Source: an uncultured Gemmataceae bacterium
GTDB taxonomy: Bacteria > Planctomycetota > Planctomycetia > Gemmatales > Gemmataceae
Assembly (NCBI GenBank): GCA_963750165.1
Contig: CAVVPN010000003.1
Span: forward strand, 3,040,001-3,104,000
Length of the DNA stretch: 64,000 bases
Direction of reading: 5' to 3'
The notes under the pieces were generated by a model. It saw nothing but the letters and a program-made list of their open reading frames with translations, had not been told where the DNA came from and ran no database searches. The position numbers and the translations under genes are program-made. Positions 49,456-59,330 of the stretch are shown here, piece after piece; position 1 is the stretch's first letter; every line of letters starts with the position of its first letter.

Positions 49456-50411
49456 GTGCCGCCGTTCTGCGCTGCGGTGGTCCAGGCCGGTCCGGTCGTC
49501 TTCGACGTGCCGCGCACCCTGGACAAGCTCCGCGACCTGACCGCTGACGCCGCCCGCCGCGGCGCCCGCCTGGCCGTCTTCCCCGAGGCGTTCGTGTCGG
49601 CCTATCCGAAGGGCCTCGACTTTGGCGTCCGCCTCGGCTCGCGCACGCCGGAGGGCCGCGAGGAGTTCCGCCGCTATTTCTACAGTGCCATCGACGTGCC
49701 CGGCCCGGCGACCGCGGCCATCGGAGCGGCGGCGCGGGCGGGCGGCCTGTTCCTGGTGGTCGGCGTGATTGAGCGCGACGGCGGCACGCTGTACTGCACG
49801 GCGCTGTTCTTCGGCCCGGACGGCCAGCTGCTCGGCAAGCACCGCAAGCTGATGCCGACGGCCCTGGAGCGTGTCGTCTGGGGCCAGGGCGACGGCTCGA
49901 CGCTCCCCGTGCTCGACACGCCGCTGGGCCGGCTCGGGGCCGTCATTTGCTGGGAAAACTACATGCCGCTGCTGCGAACTGCCATGTACGCCAAGGGCGT
50001 GCAGCTGTACTGCGCCCGACCGTGGACGACCGCGATACCTGGCTGCCGACGATGCGGCATGTGGCGCTGGAGGGCCGCTGTTTTGTGCTGTCGGCGTGCC
50101 AGTTTCTGCGGCGCGGCGACTGCCCGGCCGAGTATGCGTGCGCCCAGGGTGACGACCCGGCGGCGGTGCTGATCCGCGGCGGCAGTTGCATTGTCGGGCC
50201 GCTGGGCCAGGTGCTGGCGGGGCCGCACTTCGGCGGCGAGGAGATGCTGACGGCGGAGGTGGACTTGCAGGAGATCGCCCGGGGGAAGTTTGATTTTGAC
50301 GTGGTCGGACATTATGCGCGGCCGGATGTGTTTCGGTTGACGGTCAATGAGCGGCCGAGGACGGCGGTGGCGTGGGAGAACGAATCGTCTTCACCGAGGG
50401 ACAGTGACTGA
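49456..50411 (+). CDS. Nitrilase-family C-N hydrolase, apparent frameshift near 50015
   Basis: [20 protein letters not shown]; continues PTVDD...[14 protein letters not shown] in another frame. Confidence 0.9.
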
Positions 50412-50466
50412 CGTTCGGAAAAAGGGCGACGTTTATGGGATTACGACCTGGAGGGGATCGCGCTGA

Positions 50467-50535
50467 TTCTTCGCCCCGAAGGGGCGAAGAAGCCCGCAGC
50501 ACGAGCAAAGAGCACCCTTGCTGTCGCTGCGGGCT
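50467..50535. repeat. Two adjacent REP-like hairpins between convergent genes
   Basis: TTCTTCGCCCC-GAA-GGGGCGAAGAA, then AGCCCGCAGC...GCTGCGGGCT. Confidence 0.7.
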
Positions 50536-50539
50536 CTGA

Positions 50540-53218
50540 TCACGAACCGCCCGTCCCCGCCCGCACGATGCCGTTGAAGAACAGCTTGAACGTGCCGTGC
50601 GGCTGCCCCCGATACAGCACCTGCGGTCCGAACAGCACGAGCCGGCCCTTGCCGACCGCGGCATCAACGATGGCGACGCCGCCATCCAGGTGTTGCTGCC
50701 CGTGCGCCCAGCCGCTGCGCAGCGGCGCCTTGCCGTCGAACCACGCCACGCGCCGCAGCCCCTGTTTGTCCGCGTCGGCCGGCAGCCGGAACGTCGGGCT
50801 CTTCGAGAAGATCACATCCACCTGTTCGCCCAGGCCCCACGCCAGCGGCTGGGTCGGGTCCACACGCACGCGCAGCACCGACGTGGGCACGTAAAACTGC
50901 TCGGCCGACAACGGCTCCTTGTCCGGCCCGACCAGGTGATTCGCCAGCGGCAGCCCAAGTCGCTTGCCCAGGCCCGTGGCGCCGCCGATGGCCAGTACCG
51001 TGCCGCCGCCGTCGAGGAACTTGCGCAGGTGCGGCAGCGTCTCGTCCGACACGCCGCCACGGCCGAGCAGGGCATCATCGACGAAGACGAGCACGTCAAA
51101 CTGCTTGCCCAGGTCGCCCTCGTTCAGTTCGTCCGCCTTGACCACGCGGTACGGGAACTCGAAGCGCTCCAGCAGCCAGCGCGTCCAGCCCGACGGCATC
51201 GAGCCGCCGAAGCGGTCCCACAGGCCGACCCGCACCGACCGGAGCGGCACGGCCACCTTCCCGGGGTCCGCCAGGCTGCCCACGAACGACGTGCCCAGCT
51301 CCCGCGCCAGGCCGCCCAGCACTTTTTTCAGCTCCGCGCCGCCGCCGATGAAAAACGTCCCGGCGGGATAAGCAATTCCCCGGTCAGTGAACGCGCCGCG
51401 CAACCGCGACACCGGCACGTTGTGCTTCAGCAATCGATTCACGACCCGGAACGCATCATTCACGCGCCCGTCCAGGAAGTAGCCCGCGACGGCCTGGCCG
51501 CCGATCACCGCCCCCGGCGGCGATGGGATTTCGTCTGCCAGTTCCTCGAACGGCCCGTCGCAGCCGTCGAGCAGGCGGTCGAACTGCACGCCCATCTGGA
51601 ACGCCAGCGTGTAGCCCGCCGCGTCATAGGGCGGCGTCGGCGGCGCGCCGGGGTAGGCGAAGTCGTCGGGATGGTCCTGCGGTTCGAACATGTCCAGCAC
51701 GTGAGCGCGGAATGCCTGGGCGCACTTCACGACGTAGGAGCCTTTCGGGTACTTCTTGCCGGCCGCGGTGAAGTCGGCCGTGGCCCGGTGGACGCGCACT
51801 CCCGTGCCGATCAGCGTGTTGACGAACTTGGTCGCCGTCAGGAAGTCGGGCTGGTCTGCGGGCAGCACGTAGCCGCGCGGGTCGCGTTTGGCCGGATCGC
51901 GGAACAGCCGCGCGAACTCCTTCGGGTTGACGCCGGTCTTGGCCTTGCCCTTGAGCTTTTTGGCCGCCTCCACCAGCTTCGGCGTGACCGTCCAGCTGTC
52001 GCGGCCACCGCGGTCGATGGCGCGCTGGCCCATGAGCCAGATGTTGTGCAGCAGTTGCTCGCGGTGGCGCGAAGCGTAGTCCAGGACCGCCTTGTTGGCC
52101 GTCACCGAGTAGTCCACCGACTGGCGGAAGTGCCAGGTCTGCGGCGGCACCGGCGCCAAATAGTCGGCGCACGGCAGCTGCTTGGCCGGCAAGAACGGAA
52201 TCTGCATCGGCGTCGGGTTGCCGACGGTTTCGGACAGCAGGCCGATCATGTTGTGGAAGTAGGTGGTGGTGCGCAGGCCGCCGTTGAACCACGTCGAGTA
52301 GCGGGCGCCGGAGCGGCAGGTGGCGCCCGGCCTGTCCTCGACCAGGAAACGCTGCATCATGGCGGCGCCGACCGCGTCGAGGCCGCTGATGACCAGCGGG
52401 TCAATGTGGTAGTTGAACGGGTCACGGAACGGCGGCACGAACAGCACCGTGCCGGGCGGCCCGGCCTGGTGGTGGTTGTAGACGATCTGTGGGAACCATT
52501 CGCGGTACAGGACGCGATTCATGTTCCGCGTCTCGGCCTGGGTGTTGGCGTAGAAGTCGCGGTTGTTGTCGTGGCCGATGTACTTCTGATAGAGCCGCGG
52601 CAGGCCCTGCAGCGTGCGCTGCTTGAGGTCTTTCGGCCGCATGTAATGGTCGGCGACGAGGTCCATGCCGTCGGGGTTGGCGTGGACGAAGAGGATAATC
52701 ACGTCGTCGAGGATGCGGCGCGTTTCGGCGTCATCGGCGCTGAGGAACTGGTAGAGCGTCTCCATCAGAACCTGGGCGCAAAGCGACTCGGAGGCGTGCA
52801 GGCCACCGTCGATCCAGACGACGGCCTTGCCGGCGGCGGCCAGCTTGACGGCCTCGGCCGGGCTGATGCCCGCAGCGCGAGCGAGGCGGCGGGCGATGTC
52901 GCGGTAGCGGTCGAGCTGCTTGTGGTTGGCGGTGGAGGTCACCACGCCCATGAGCTGCGGCCGGCCCTCCGCGGTGACGCCGATCTTGACCACCTTGAGC
53001 CGGTCCGACTCCTTCTCCAGTTTGGCCCAGTAGCTTATCAACTGCTGATAGTTCGCCAGGCAGTAGTCGTCGCCCAGGTTGAAGCCGAAGTGCTCCTTCG
53101 GGGTGGTGATGTGCTTCGCCGGGGCCGCCGGTTTGTCCTGCGGCCGGGCTTCCGGCGACAGTGGGCGCCCGGCCAGTGTCGGCACCAGGGCAAGGGCGAG
53201 GAGGAGGGACTTCTTCAT
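50540..53218 (-). CDS. Exported M14-family zinc metallopeptidase
   Basis: Signal peptide, GLHASE, NPDG, GHDNNRD, YNHHQ; C-terminal GATase-like domain. Confidence 0.9.
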   Translation of the reverse strand: MKKSLLLALALVPTLAGRPLSPEARPQDKPAAPAKHITTPKEHFGFNLGDDYCLANYQQLISYWAKLEKESDRLKVVKIGVTAEGRPQLMGVVTSTANHKQLDRYRDIARRLARAAGISPAEAVKLAAAGKAVVWIDGGLHASESLCAQVLMETLYQFLSADDAETRRILDDVIILFVHANPDGMDLVADHYMRPKDLKQRTLQGLPRLYQKYIGHDNNRDFYANTQAETRNMNRVLYREWFPQIVYNHHQAGPPGTVLFVPPFRDPFNYHIDPLVISGLDAVGAAMMQRFLVEDRPGATCRSGARYSTWFNGGLRTTTYFHNMIGLLSETVGNPTPMQIPFLPAKQLPCADYLAPVPPQTWHFRQSVDYSVTANKAVLDYASRHREQLLHNIWLMGQRAIDRGGRDSWTVTPKLVEAAKKLKGKAKTGVNPKEFARLFRDPAKRDPRGYVLPADQPDFLTATKFVNTLIGTGVRVHRATADFTAAGKKYPKGSYVVKCAQAFRAHVLDMFEPQDHPDDFAYPGAPPTPPYDAAGYTLAFQMGVQFDRLLDGCDGPFEELADEIPSPPGAVIGGQAVAGYFLDGRVNDAFRVVNRLLKHNVPVSRLRGAFTDRGIAYPAGTFFIGGGAELKKVLGGLARELGTSFVGSLADPGKVAVPLRSVRVGLWDRFGGSMPSGWTRWLLERFEFPYRVVKADELNEGDLGKQFDVLVFVDDALLGRGGVSDETLPHLRKFLDGGGTVLAIGGATGLGKRLGLPLANHLVGPDKEPLSAEQFYVPTSVLRVRVDPTQPLAWGLGEQVDVIFSKSPTFRLPADADKQGLRRVAWFDGKAPLRSGWAHGQQHLDGGVAIVDAAVGKGRLVLFGPQVLYRGQPHGTFKLFFNGIVRAGTGGS

Positions 53219-53304
53219 CGGCGAACTCCCGAAGTGGTCCTGCGCTTGCTGCAACGGTTTTCGCTGGCTTTCGATGCCCCCGACCCGCTGGCGGCCCGAA
53301 TTGC

Positions 53305-53949
53305 TTACCAGGGTAACAGTTCGATGCGCTGCTGCCTGGCTGCGGCGCGCACCCGTTCGGAGTCGGGATACAGGACTGCGTGGGGCTTCAAGACTTCGGG
53401 GCCTTGCGCGATCCACTCGAGCATGGTTTTGGTCTTGCGGCCCGCAGCCCCCGCCGCCGCGCGCGCCGCCGTCAGAATCTGTTTGGGGTCGGTCAGCGCC
53501 TTGAAGTTGAGGCTGTAAATAGGTCCCCCCGCGTCCGGCGCGCCGTCCAGCGCGATCGCCCAGGAGATGAAGCCTTCGTGCAGGACGTAATCCACGCGGA
53601 ACGGCCCCTGCGGGCTCTTCAGGGCGTTCAGGCAGAAGAGCATCTCGCGCCGCTGGTTCCGCCAGGGAGTGGTCCGGCCCGTGAACGGTATTTGGTGAAC
53701 CAGGAACGTCACTTCCCTGGCTTGTTTGCCCTTGATCGTCTCCGCCACCTTGACAGTCACCCGATTCCAGACAACACCGTTCTCCCCCTTCTGGCTGACG
53801 ATTTCGGTCACCTCGCCGCGGACAACGAGGTCGGCCGCCACCACCGCCAGGTCGAGGCTTTCATACTGGATGATGTCGGCCGCGGCGCGGCCCGGGCCGA
53901 CCTGTACCAACACCAGGACAACGGCGGCGATCAGGACAAAACGGATCAT
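53305..53949 (-). CDS. Exported hypothetical protein
   Basis: GGAG RBS, signal peptide, ADLVVRGEV..VKVAETIKG. Confidence 0.7.
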   Translation of the reverse strand: MIRFVLIAAVVLVLVQVGPGRAAADIIQYESLDLAVVAADLVVRGEVTEIVSQKGENGVVWNRVTVKVAETIKGKQAREVTFLVHQIPFTGRTTPWRNQRREMLFCLNALKSPQGPFRVDYVLHEGFISWAIALDGAPDAGGPIYSLNFKALTDPKQILTAARAAAGAAGRKTKTMLEWIAQGPEVLKPHAVLYPDSERVRAAARQQRIELLPW

Positions 53950-54017
53950 CCCAATCTCCTTTCCGCTCAGAACGCCTTGTTCTTCAACGACCGGTCTTTC
54001 CGGTGTATTCTCTTTTG

Positions 54018-54107
54018 GCCGAACGCCGTAGTTCAGCGTCGGGCCCAGTGACCTGGGCCTGTCCGAGTGACCTCAGATGGCCCGTCCGCAGCAGCAGTTG
54101 GTTCGGG
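54018..54107 (-). mobile_element. Solitary degenerate attC-like site
   Basis: Minus strand CCCGAAC-N5-GCTGCTGC...GCTGAAC-N6-GTTCGGC, 90 bp, with an internal GGGCC/GGCCC stem. Confidence 0.55.
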
Positions 54108-54221
54108 TGCGTACTCTCTCGGCTTCGCCCCGCTCCCCTCGGCGCCCGAAGCGACTTCGAACTGCTCTTCCACCACGAGGCTGGGAACGCCGTGGAATCA
54201 GCGCGCCCACGGGCGCGCCGC

Positions 54222-54590
54222 CTACTTCCCTTTCAGGCGTCTCCACTCCAGTTCGCTCCGGTCCAGTTTCAGCACATGCACCTCCGGGGGGAAGAGGGAT
54301 CCGAACCCCTTCTTGTAGGCTGCCAGCGTCAGCCAATCCCCCGACACAAGGAATCGCACCGTGGTTAAGGGGCCGCCCTTCTCCGTGGCCAGCGGCCGTA
54401 GGGCCTGGACTGGCTGCACCCCGCGCTTGAAGCCCGTAAAGCGGACTCCTTCCGGGGGCACATTGGCAAACTTCCAGGTTTCCGTTTCCCGGCGCAGGTC
54501 CGCCTCATAGGAGATGGAGCCAGCCTTCATGAAAGCACTCTCTCCAGCACGCCTCACGGGCAGATCGACCAGTGTGATGTGGGCACGCAA
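54222..54590 (-). pseudogene. Lower-GC ORF or gene-cassette remnant upstream of the attC-like site
   Basis: 122-aa ORF with atypical codon usage and weak start; no recognisable motif. Confidence 0.35.
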
Positions 54591-54729
54591 CGTCCCCTTC
54601 CAACCGGCAGGGGATTCGACTATAAAGCAAAGCTTACCGCCACCCCAAGAAAGAGCTTCCTGTACACGAGTTGCCCTCCGGCGCGGCCGGACTTTGATTA
54701 TCGCGCGAATGGCCCGGAAAACGACGGCC

Positions 54730-54768
54730 CAGGCTTTGGTACGCTACACCTGAGCGTACCAAAGCCTG
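54730..54768 (-). terminator. 16-bp stem hairpin downstream of the DUF2330 pair
   Basis: CAGGCTTTGGTACGCT pairs with AGCGTACCAAAGCCTG; no clear U-tract. Confidence 0.45.
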
Positions 54769-54781
54769 AACCCCTCAGCAA

Positions 54782-56185
54782 TCACGGGGGCGAGGTGGGC
54801 AGGATTTCTTCGTACTCGGAGCTGTCCTCATGCTCGCCGACGCGGGCCGGCACGATGACCAAATCCTCGTTCATCTCGTCGCGCGCGAACAGCTTGCGGA
54901 ACTTGGTGACGAACAGCCCCGCCTGCACGTGGCCGGTCAACTCTTGCAGCCGCCGCACGTCCTCGCTGGGGGCGTGGCGGACGAGGTAGCCGAGGGGCCG
55001 CTCCTTGTGGGCCTTCTGCAAGCGGGCCTGGATGACCTTGATGACGGCCTGGCGGCGCTTGGGATCTTTCAAGTCGGCCTGCGCGAAGCCCTCATCCACG
55101 TCGGGGATTTTCTCGCTGTAGGGGGCGTCGCCGCGCAGCACCTTGACATCGTTGTCGGTCAGCCGCCGCGCCCACTCCATCGTCGTGGGGATGTGGCCCT
55201 GCTTGTTGGGCAAGGGCCGCCGGCCCGCCATGAACGTGAAGCCAAGATCCTGGCCGCGCTTGAGCAACTGCGGCAGTTGCTGTTCGATGGCCTTGAGCCA
55301 GTCGGCGCCCTTACCGGGCAGTCCGCCGGGGGTGCAACCGCTGGCGGCCTGGAGCATGGGCACCCATTGATACTGGTAGCTCAGGTCGTTCTGGAGATCG
55401 ACCTTGAACGGCGCCTGCACATAGAAGAGCGCCTCCGTCTTGTCCTTGACGGAAATCTGCGTGATCTTGAGCGGATAGACCAGCTTATCCGAAGTGAACT
55501 GGAAGCGCGTGGGCGTCACCTCACCCGCATAACTACCGTCCTTGTTCTTCTTCATCTGCATGGTGTCGATCTTCATCACGGTGAACACCCACTTCTTCTG
55601 CACATAGAAGTTGAGCGTCGCCTCGTCGCCGGAGTAGCTGTACTTGTTCGCCTTCAGCCAGGCGTACAGCGCATCGGCGCGGGCTGCTTCAATGATCTTG
55701 TAGTCCAGCGAGCCCACCACACCGACTTCAAGAATCTTGATCGGCGGCGGCTCGGCCTTCTTGTTGGCCATGTCCCCGGCCGGGGCCGACTGCGGCGCTC
55801 CGCCAAGCGCAGCCGGTGCCCTGGGCGGCATCATGATCGGCAGCAGTTTGGAGTGGGGGAACTCGCGCTTCTTCATGATGGAGTACACCGCCAGGTGCTT
55901 GAAGAAGTCGCGCGGCATCTCATGCAGCTTGGGCTGCGTGGGCGTCGGAATCACCATGCCGAAGTCCAGGGCATTGCCCTCGAACTTCGGCTGGACGGTG
56001 AATGACTCCAGCTTCTTCGCCGGGTCCCACGTAATGAACACCTTCTGCGCCGGCTGCAGAATATCGGCATTCTGCGCCGAGAAGTAACAGCACGCCGCGT
56101 CGGCATGGGACGCGCCGAACAGCCCCAGCGCCAGCGCGGCCGTGAACGGCCACCAGCGCCATCGGCCTGTGCGGTTATTCCGCAT
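54782..56185 (-). CDS. DUF2330-like exported protein, copy 2
   Basis: Signal peptide then ACCYFSA; QPKFEGNALDFGMVIPTP; VGSLDY; WLKANKY; LVYPLKIT. Confidence 0.82.
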   Translation of the reverse strand: MRNNRTGRWRWWPFTAALALGLFGASHADAACCYFSAQNADILQPAQKVFITWDPAKKLESFTVQPKFEGNALDFGMVIPTPTQPKLHEMPRDFFKHLAVYSIMKKREFPHSKLLPIMMPPRAPAALGGAPQSAPAGDMANKKAEPPPIKILEVGVVGSLDYKIIEAARADALYAWLKANKYSYSGDEATLNFYVQKKWVFTVMKIDTMQMKKNKDGSYAGEVTPTRFQFTSDKLVYPLKITQISVKDKTEALFYVQAPFKVDLQNDLSYQYQWVPMLQAASGCTPGGLPGKGADWLKAIEQQLPQLLKRGQDLGFTFMAGRRPLPNKQGHIPTTMEWARRLTDNDVKVLRGDAPYSEKIPDVDEGFAQADLKDPKRRQAVIKVIQARLQKAHKERPLGYLVRHAPSEDVRRLQELTGHVQAGLFVTKFRKLFARDEMNEDLVIVPARVGEHEDSSEYEEILPTSPP

Positions 56186-56295
56186 TGCTTGGTCCCTCAA
56201 AAAAAGGATCGGGTGAGTCTCTGAACTATGGTGATGAAAGTGTAACAGGCGGCGGACGCGAACGCCAGCCGCCTGTTGGGTTGGTCGGTCCCGGC

Positions 56296-57702
56296 TCACG
56301 GGGGCGAGGTGGGCAGGATTTCCTCGTACTCGGAACTGTCCTCATGCTCGCCGACGCGGGCCGGGACAATCACGAGGTCGTCGTTCATCTCATCCCGGGC
56401 GAACAGCTTGCGGAACTTGGTGACGAACAGCCCCGCCTGCACATGACCGGTCAACTCCTGCAACCGCCGCACGTCCTCGCTGGGGGCGTGGCGGACGAGG
56501 TAGCCGATGGGCCGATCCTTGTGCGCCTTCTGCAGCCGAGCCTGGATAACCTTGATGACCGCCTGGGCGCGCTTGGCGTCCTTGAGGTCCGCCTCGGTGA
56601 AGCCCTCATCGACGTTGGGCAGGTTCTCCGAATAGGGGGCGTCGCCGCGCAGCACCTTGACGTCGTTGTCGGTCAGCCGCCGCGCCCACTCCATCGTGGT
56701 CATGATGTGGCCCTGTTTGTTCGGCTGGGGCCGCTGGCCGCGGATGAAGTTGAAGCCGAGGTCCTGGCCGCGCTTGAGCAGTTGCGGGATTTGCTGCTCG
56801 ATGGCTTTAAGCCAGTCGGCGCCCTTGCCGGGCAGGCCGCCGGGGGTGCAGCCGCTGGCCGCCTGCAACATCGGCACCCACTGATATTGGTAACTCATGT
56901 CCCCCTGCAGGTCCACCTTGAACGGCGCCTGCACATAGAACAGCGCCTCCGTCTTATCTTTCACCGAGATCTGCGTGATCTTCAGCGGATAGACCAGCTT
57001 GTCCGAGGCGAACTGGAAGCGCGTCGGCGTCACCTCGCCGGCATAACTGCCGTCCTTGTTCTTCTTCATCTGCATGGTGTCGATCTTCATCACGGTGAAG
57101 ACCCACTTCTTCTGCACATAGAAGTTGAGCGTCGCCTCGTCGCCGGAGTAGCTGTACTTGTTCGCCTTCAGCCAGGCGTACAGCGCATCCGCACGGTTGG
57201 CCTCGATGATCTTGTAATCCAGCGAACCGACCACCCCCTGCTCCAGCACGATCACCGCCGGCTTGTTCTCGTCGTGTACGCCCTCCGCCCGGTCTTCCGA
57301 CAACTCGCGGTACTGGAAACTCGCCAGGCGCAACCCACCGCGGCCGCCGTAGGACGGCAGCAGTTTGGAGTGGGGGAACTCGCGCTTCTTCATGATCGAG
57401 TACACCGCGAGGTGCTTGAAGAAGTCGCGCGGCATCTCATGCAGCTTGGGCTGGTTGGGTGTGGGGATGACCATACCGAAGTCGAGCGCATTGCCCTCGA
57501 ACTTCGGCTGCACCGTGAACGACTCCAGCTTTTTGGCGGGATCCCACGTGATGAAGACTTTTTGGGCCGGCTGCAGAATATCGGCATTCTGCGCCGAGAA
57601 GTAGCAGCAGGCGGCCCCCGCCGTGGTGGGCTGCGCCCCGAGTAAGGCCAGGGCTCCCAGCAGACTGAGCGGGAGCCACGGCCGACGCGAGAAACTTCGC
57701 AT
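56296..57702 (-). CDS. DUF2330-like exported protein, copy 1
   Basis: Near-identical paralogue of 54782-56185. Confidence 0.82.
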   Translation of the reverse strand: MRSFSRRPWLPLSLLGALALLGAQPTTAGAACCYFSAQNADILQPAQKVFITWDPAKKLESFTVQPKFEGNALDFGMVIPTPNQPKLHEMPRDFFKHLAVYSIMKKREFPHSKLLPSYGGRGGLRLASFQYRELSEDRAEGVHDENKPAVIVLEQGVVGSLDYKIIEANRADALYAWLKANKYSYSGDEATLNFYVQKKWVFTVMKIDTMQMKKNKDGSYAGEVTPTRFQFASDKLVYPLKITQISVKDKTEALFYVQAPFKVDLQGDMSYQYQWVPMLQAASGCTPGGLPGKGADWLKAIEQQIPQLLKRGQDLGFNFIRGQRPQPNKQGHIMTTMEWARRLTDNDVKVLRGDAPYSENLPNVDEGFTEADLKDAKRAQAVIKVIQARLQKAHKDRPIGYLVRHAPSEDVRRLQELTGHVQAGLFVTKFRKLFARDEMNDDLVIVPARVGEHEDSSEYEEILPTSPP

Positions 57703-57768
57703 ACGTCGTCCTTTCTTCTTGAAGTTGATAACCGAGGATCGTCTTCTTTTTAGACGACCGAGTAGCGC

Positions 57769-58503
57769 TCACGGATTGCCCGGGGGCAAGATCGGCACTT
57801 CCACCGCGAACCAAACCACCGCGACCTGGACCAGTTCCACGCGCAGCGCCGTCGCCGTGCGGCGCTCCGCCGGCACCTCCGCCGCCACCAGTTCCCAGGG
57901 CCGAACGCCACCGTCGGCCGTCAGCGGCGCGTACAGCAGCGTGGCCCGCTCCGCCAGTGCGTACAGCTCCAGCGCTCCAGCGCAACTCCCCACCAGCTCG
58001 CCGGACAGGTGCAGCGACCACCCGCCCTCTGCCTCGACCCACCGGGCCTGGACATTACGCAAAAACGCGGTGCAGCGCACCTCCAGGGCCACCTCGCCCC
58101 ACAGACCGCCCGCACCGGTCGCGTCCTCCACGTCCACGCACAGTTCGTTGCGCTCCCGCAACAGTTCCGTCACGTCGAACTCGAACGGCCCGTCCGCGCC
58201 AGTGCGCCGGCCCAGCGGCACGTCATTCAACCGCACGTCCGCCGTGCCCTCCAGCCCCGCGAACGTCAGCCAGACGCGCTCATGGGCATCAATGCGACCC
58301 GGATAGCCGAAGCGGCGGCGGAAGCGCACCCGGCCCGCGTAGTCCTGCAAGCCGCCGTCGCGCCAGCGGGCCGGCATCGTCAGCCGGAGCTGCGGCGGCA
58401 GGTCCACCTCGGTCCACTCCTGCCGGCCGTCGCCGTGGCGGACCAGGCGGGCCAGCGGTTCGCACTCCCAGGGACCGCGCAGGCGGATGCGATGCGGGTA
58501 CAA
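57769..58503 (-). CDS. GH2 sugar-binding-domain-like protein without catalytic barrel
   Basis: IRLRGPW, GRVRFRRRF, LTFAGL, VRLND..LG, FEFDVT..L..RNEL, GGLWGEV. Confidence 0.7.
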   Translation of the reverse strand: MYPHRIRLRGPWECEPLARLVRHGDGRQEWTEVDLPPQLRLTMPARWRDGGLQDYAGRVRFRRRFGYPGRIDAHERVWLTFAGLEGTADVRLNDVPLGRRTGADGPFEFDVTELLRERNELCVDVEDATGAGGLWGEVALEVRCTAFLRNVQARWVEAEGGWSLHLSGELVGSCAGALELYALAERATLLYAPLTADGGVRPWELVAAEVPAERRTATALRVELVQVAVVWFAVEVPILPPGNP

Positions 58504-58506
58504 GCG

Positions 58507-59252
58507 TCACCTCCCGCGCTCGGCCGCCAGCTGGCGGAGCAGGTCGGAGTAGTCGTCGTAGGGCGTGCGGTCCGGCGGCCCGGCGGCGTGCAGGTACTGG
58601 CCGGTGCCCGGTTTCCACGGCAGACTCAAAATCGTGCTGGATACAGTGCCGCGGTCGCTGCCGTGCAGACACATCGGCGGCCCGCCGTTGCCGCGCTGGG
58701 CGCACAACTGGCGCAGGGCGGTGACGCAATCGGTGGCGCGGGCGTAGGGGCGCTGGCCGAGCCACCACAGGGCGTGGCCCAGCCGTGGGTCGCCCTGGTC
58801 GTTGACATCCTTGTTGGTCAGCACGTGCAGGCCCGGCGGCAGTGGCTGGATACGCAGCCATTCGGCGCCGTGGATGACGACCAGCCGCTCGGCGTCGGCA
58901 CAGACGACGTTGCAGCCGGCGTAGCGGTTCGTGCCCAGCTCGCGCCCGGCCAGGTCCACGGCTTCGCGGGCGCTGGCACAGCCGAGCAGCCGTCGCGCCA
59001 GCAGGCCGCGGCTGGGCGGCTCTGGCGGCACGTCGGCTTTGTTACGGTTGGTGACCGCGATGACGACGCCGCGTTCGTTGACGCCCAGCCAGGTGCCGCC
59101 GGCCACGCGATCCAGCCCGGCGGCGACGCGCAGGCCGCCCTCCTGGAACAGCTGCGGCCCGGTGGCCGGGCGGTCATAACGCTCCTCGCGGTTGGCCCCG
59201 AGCACCAGCGGGGCGTCGTCCACGGCGCGGAAAAAAGCGCCAGCAGGCACAT
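58507..59252 (-). CDS. NRDE/TANGO2-family protein, 1-nt deletion in an A6 run near the start
   Basis: ATG 59252 gives MCLLAL; then ANREE, AGGTWLGVN, VTN, SRGLL, GTVSST. Confidence 0.88.
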
Positions 59253-59266
59253 CAGTTGGTCCCTTC

Positions 59267-59330
59267 TTCGTGGGGGCGGGCTTTCCAGGCTGCCGACCTC
59301 AACGGCAGGCTGGAAAGCCTGCCCCACGAA
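59267..59330. repeat. GTGG-type REP pair
   Basis: TTCGTGGGG...GCTTTCCAG pairs with CTGGAAAGCCTGCCCCACGAA. Confidence 0.8.

Noticed and set aside
46017..49526. 1169-aa minus-strand ORF
   Set aside because: Antisense shadow of the permease and hydrolase genes in high-GC DNA; no motifs.
50597..53518. 973-aa plus-strand ORF (likewise 32399-34888, 19988-22168 and 38810-40789)
   Set aside because: Antisense shadows of well-supported minus-strand genes.
54782..57702. Diversity-generating retroelement TR/VR pair
   Set aside because: Both copies are full ORFs, differences are not adenine-specific, and no reverse transcriptase is present.
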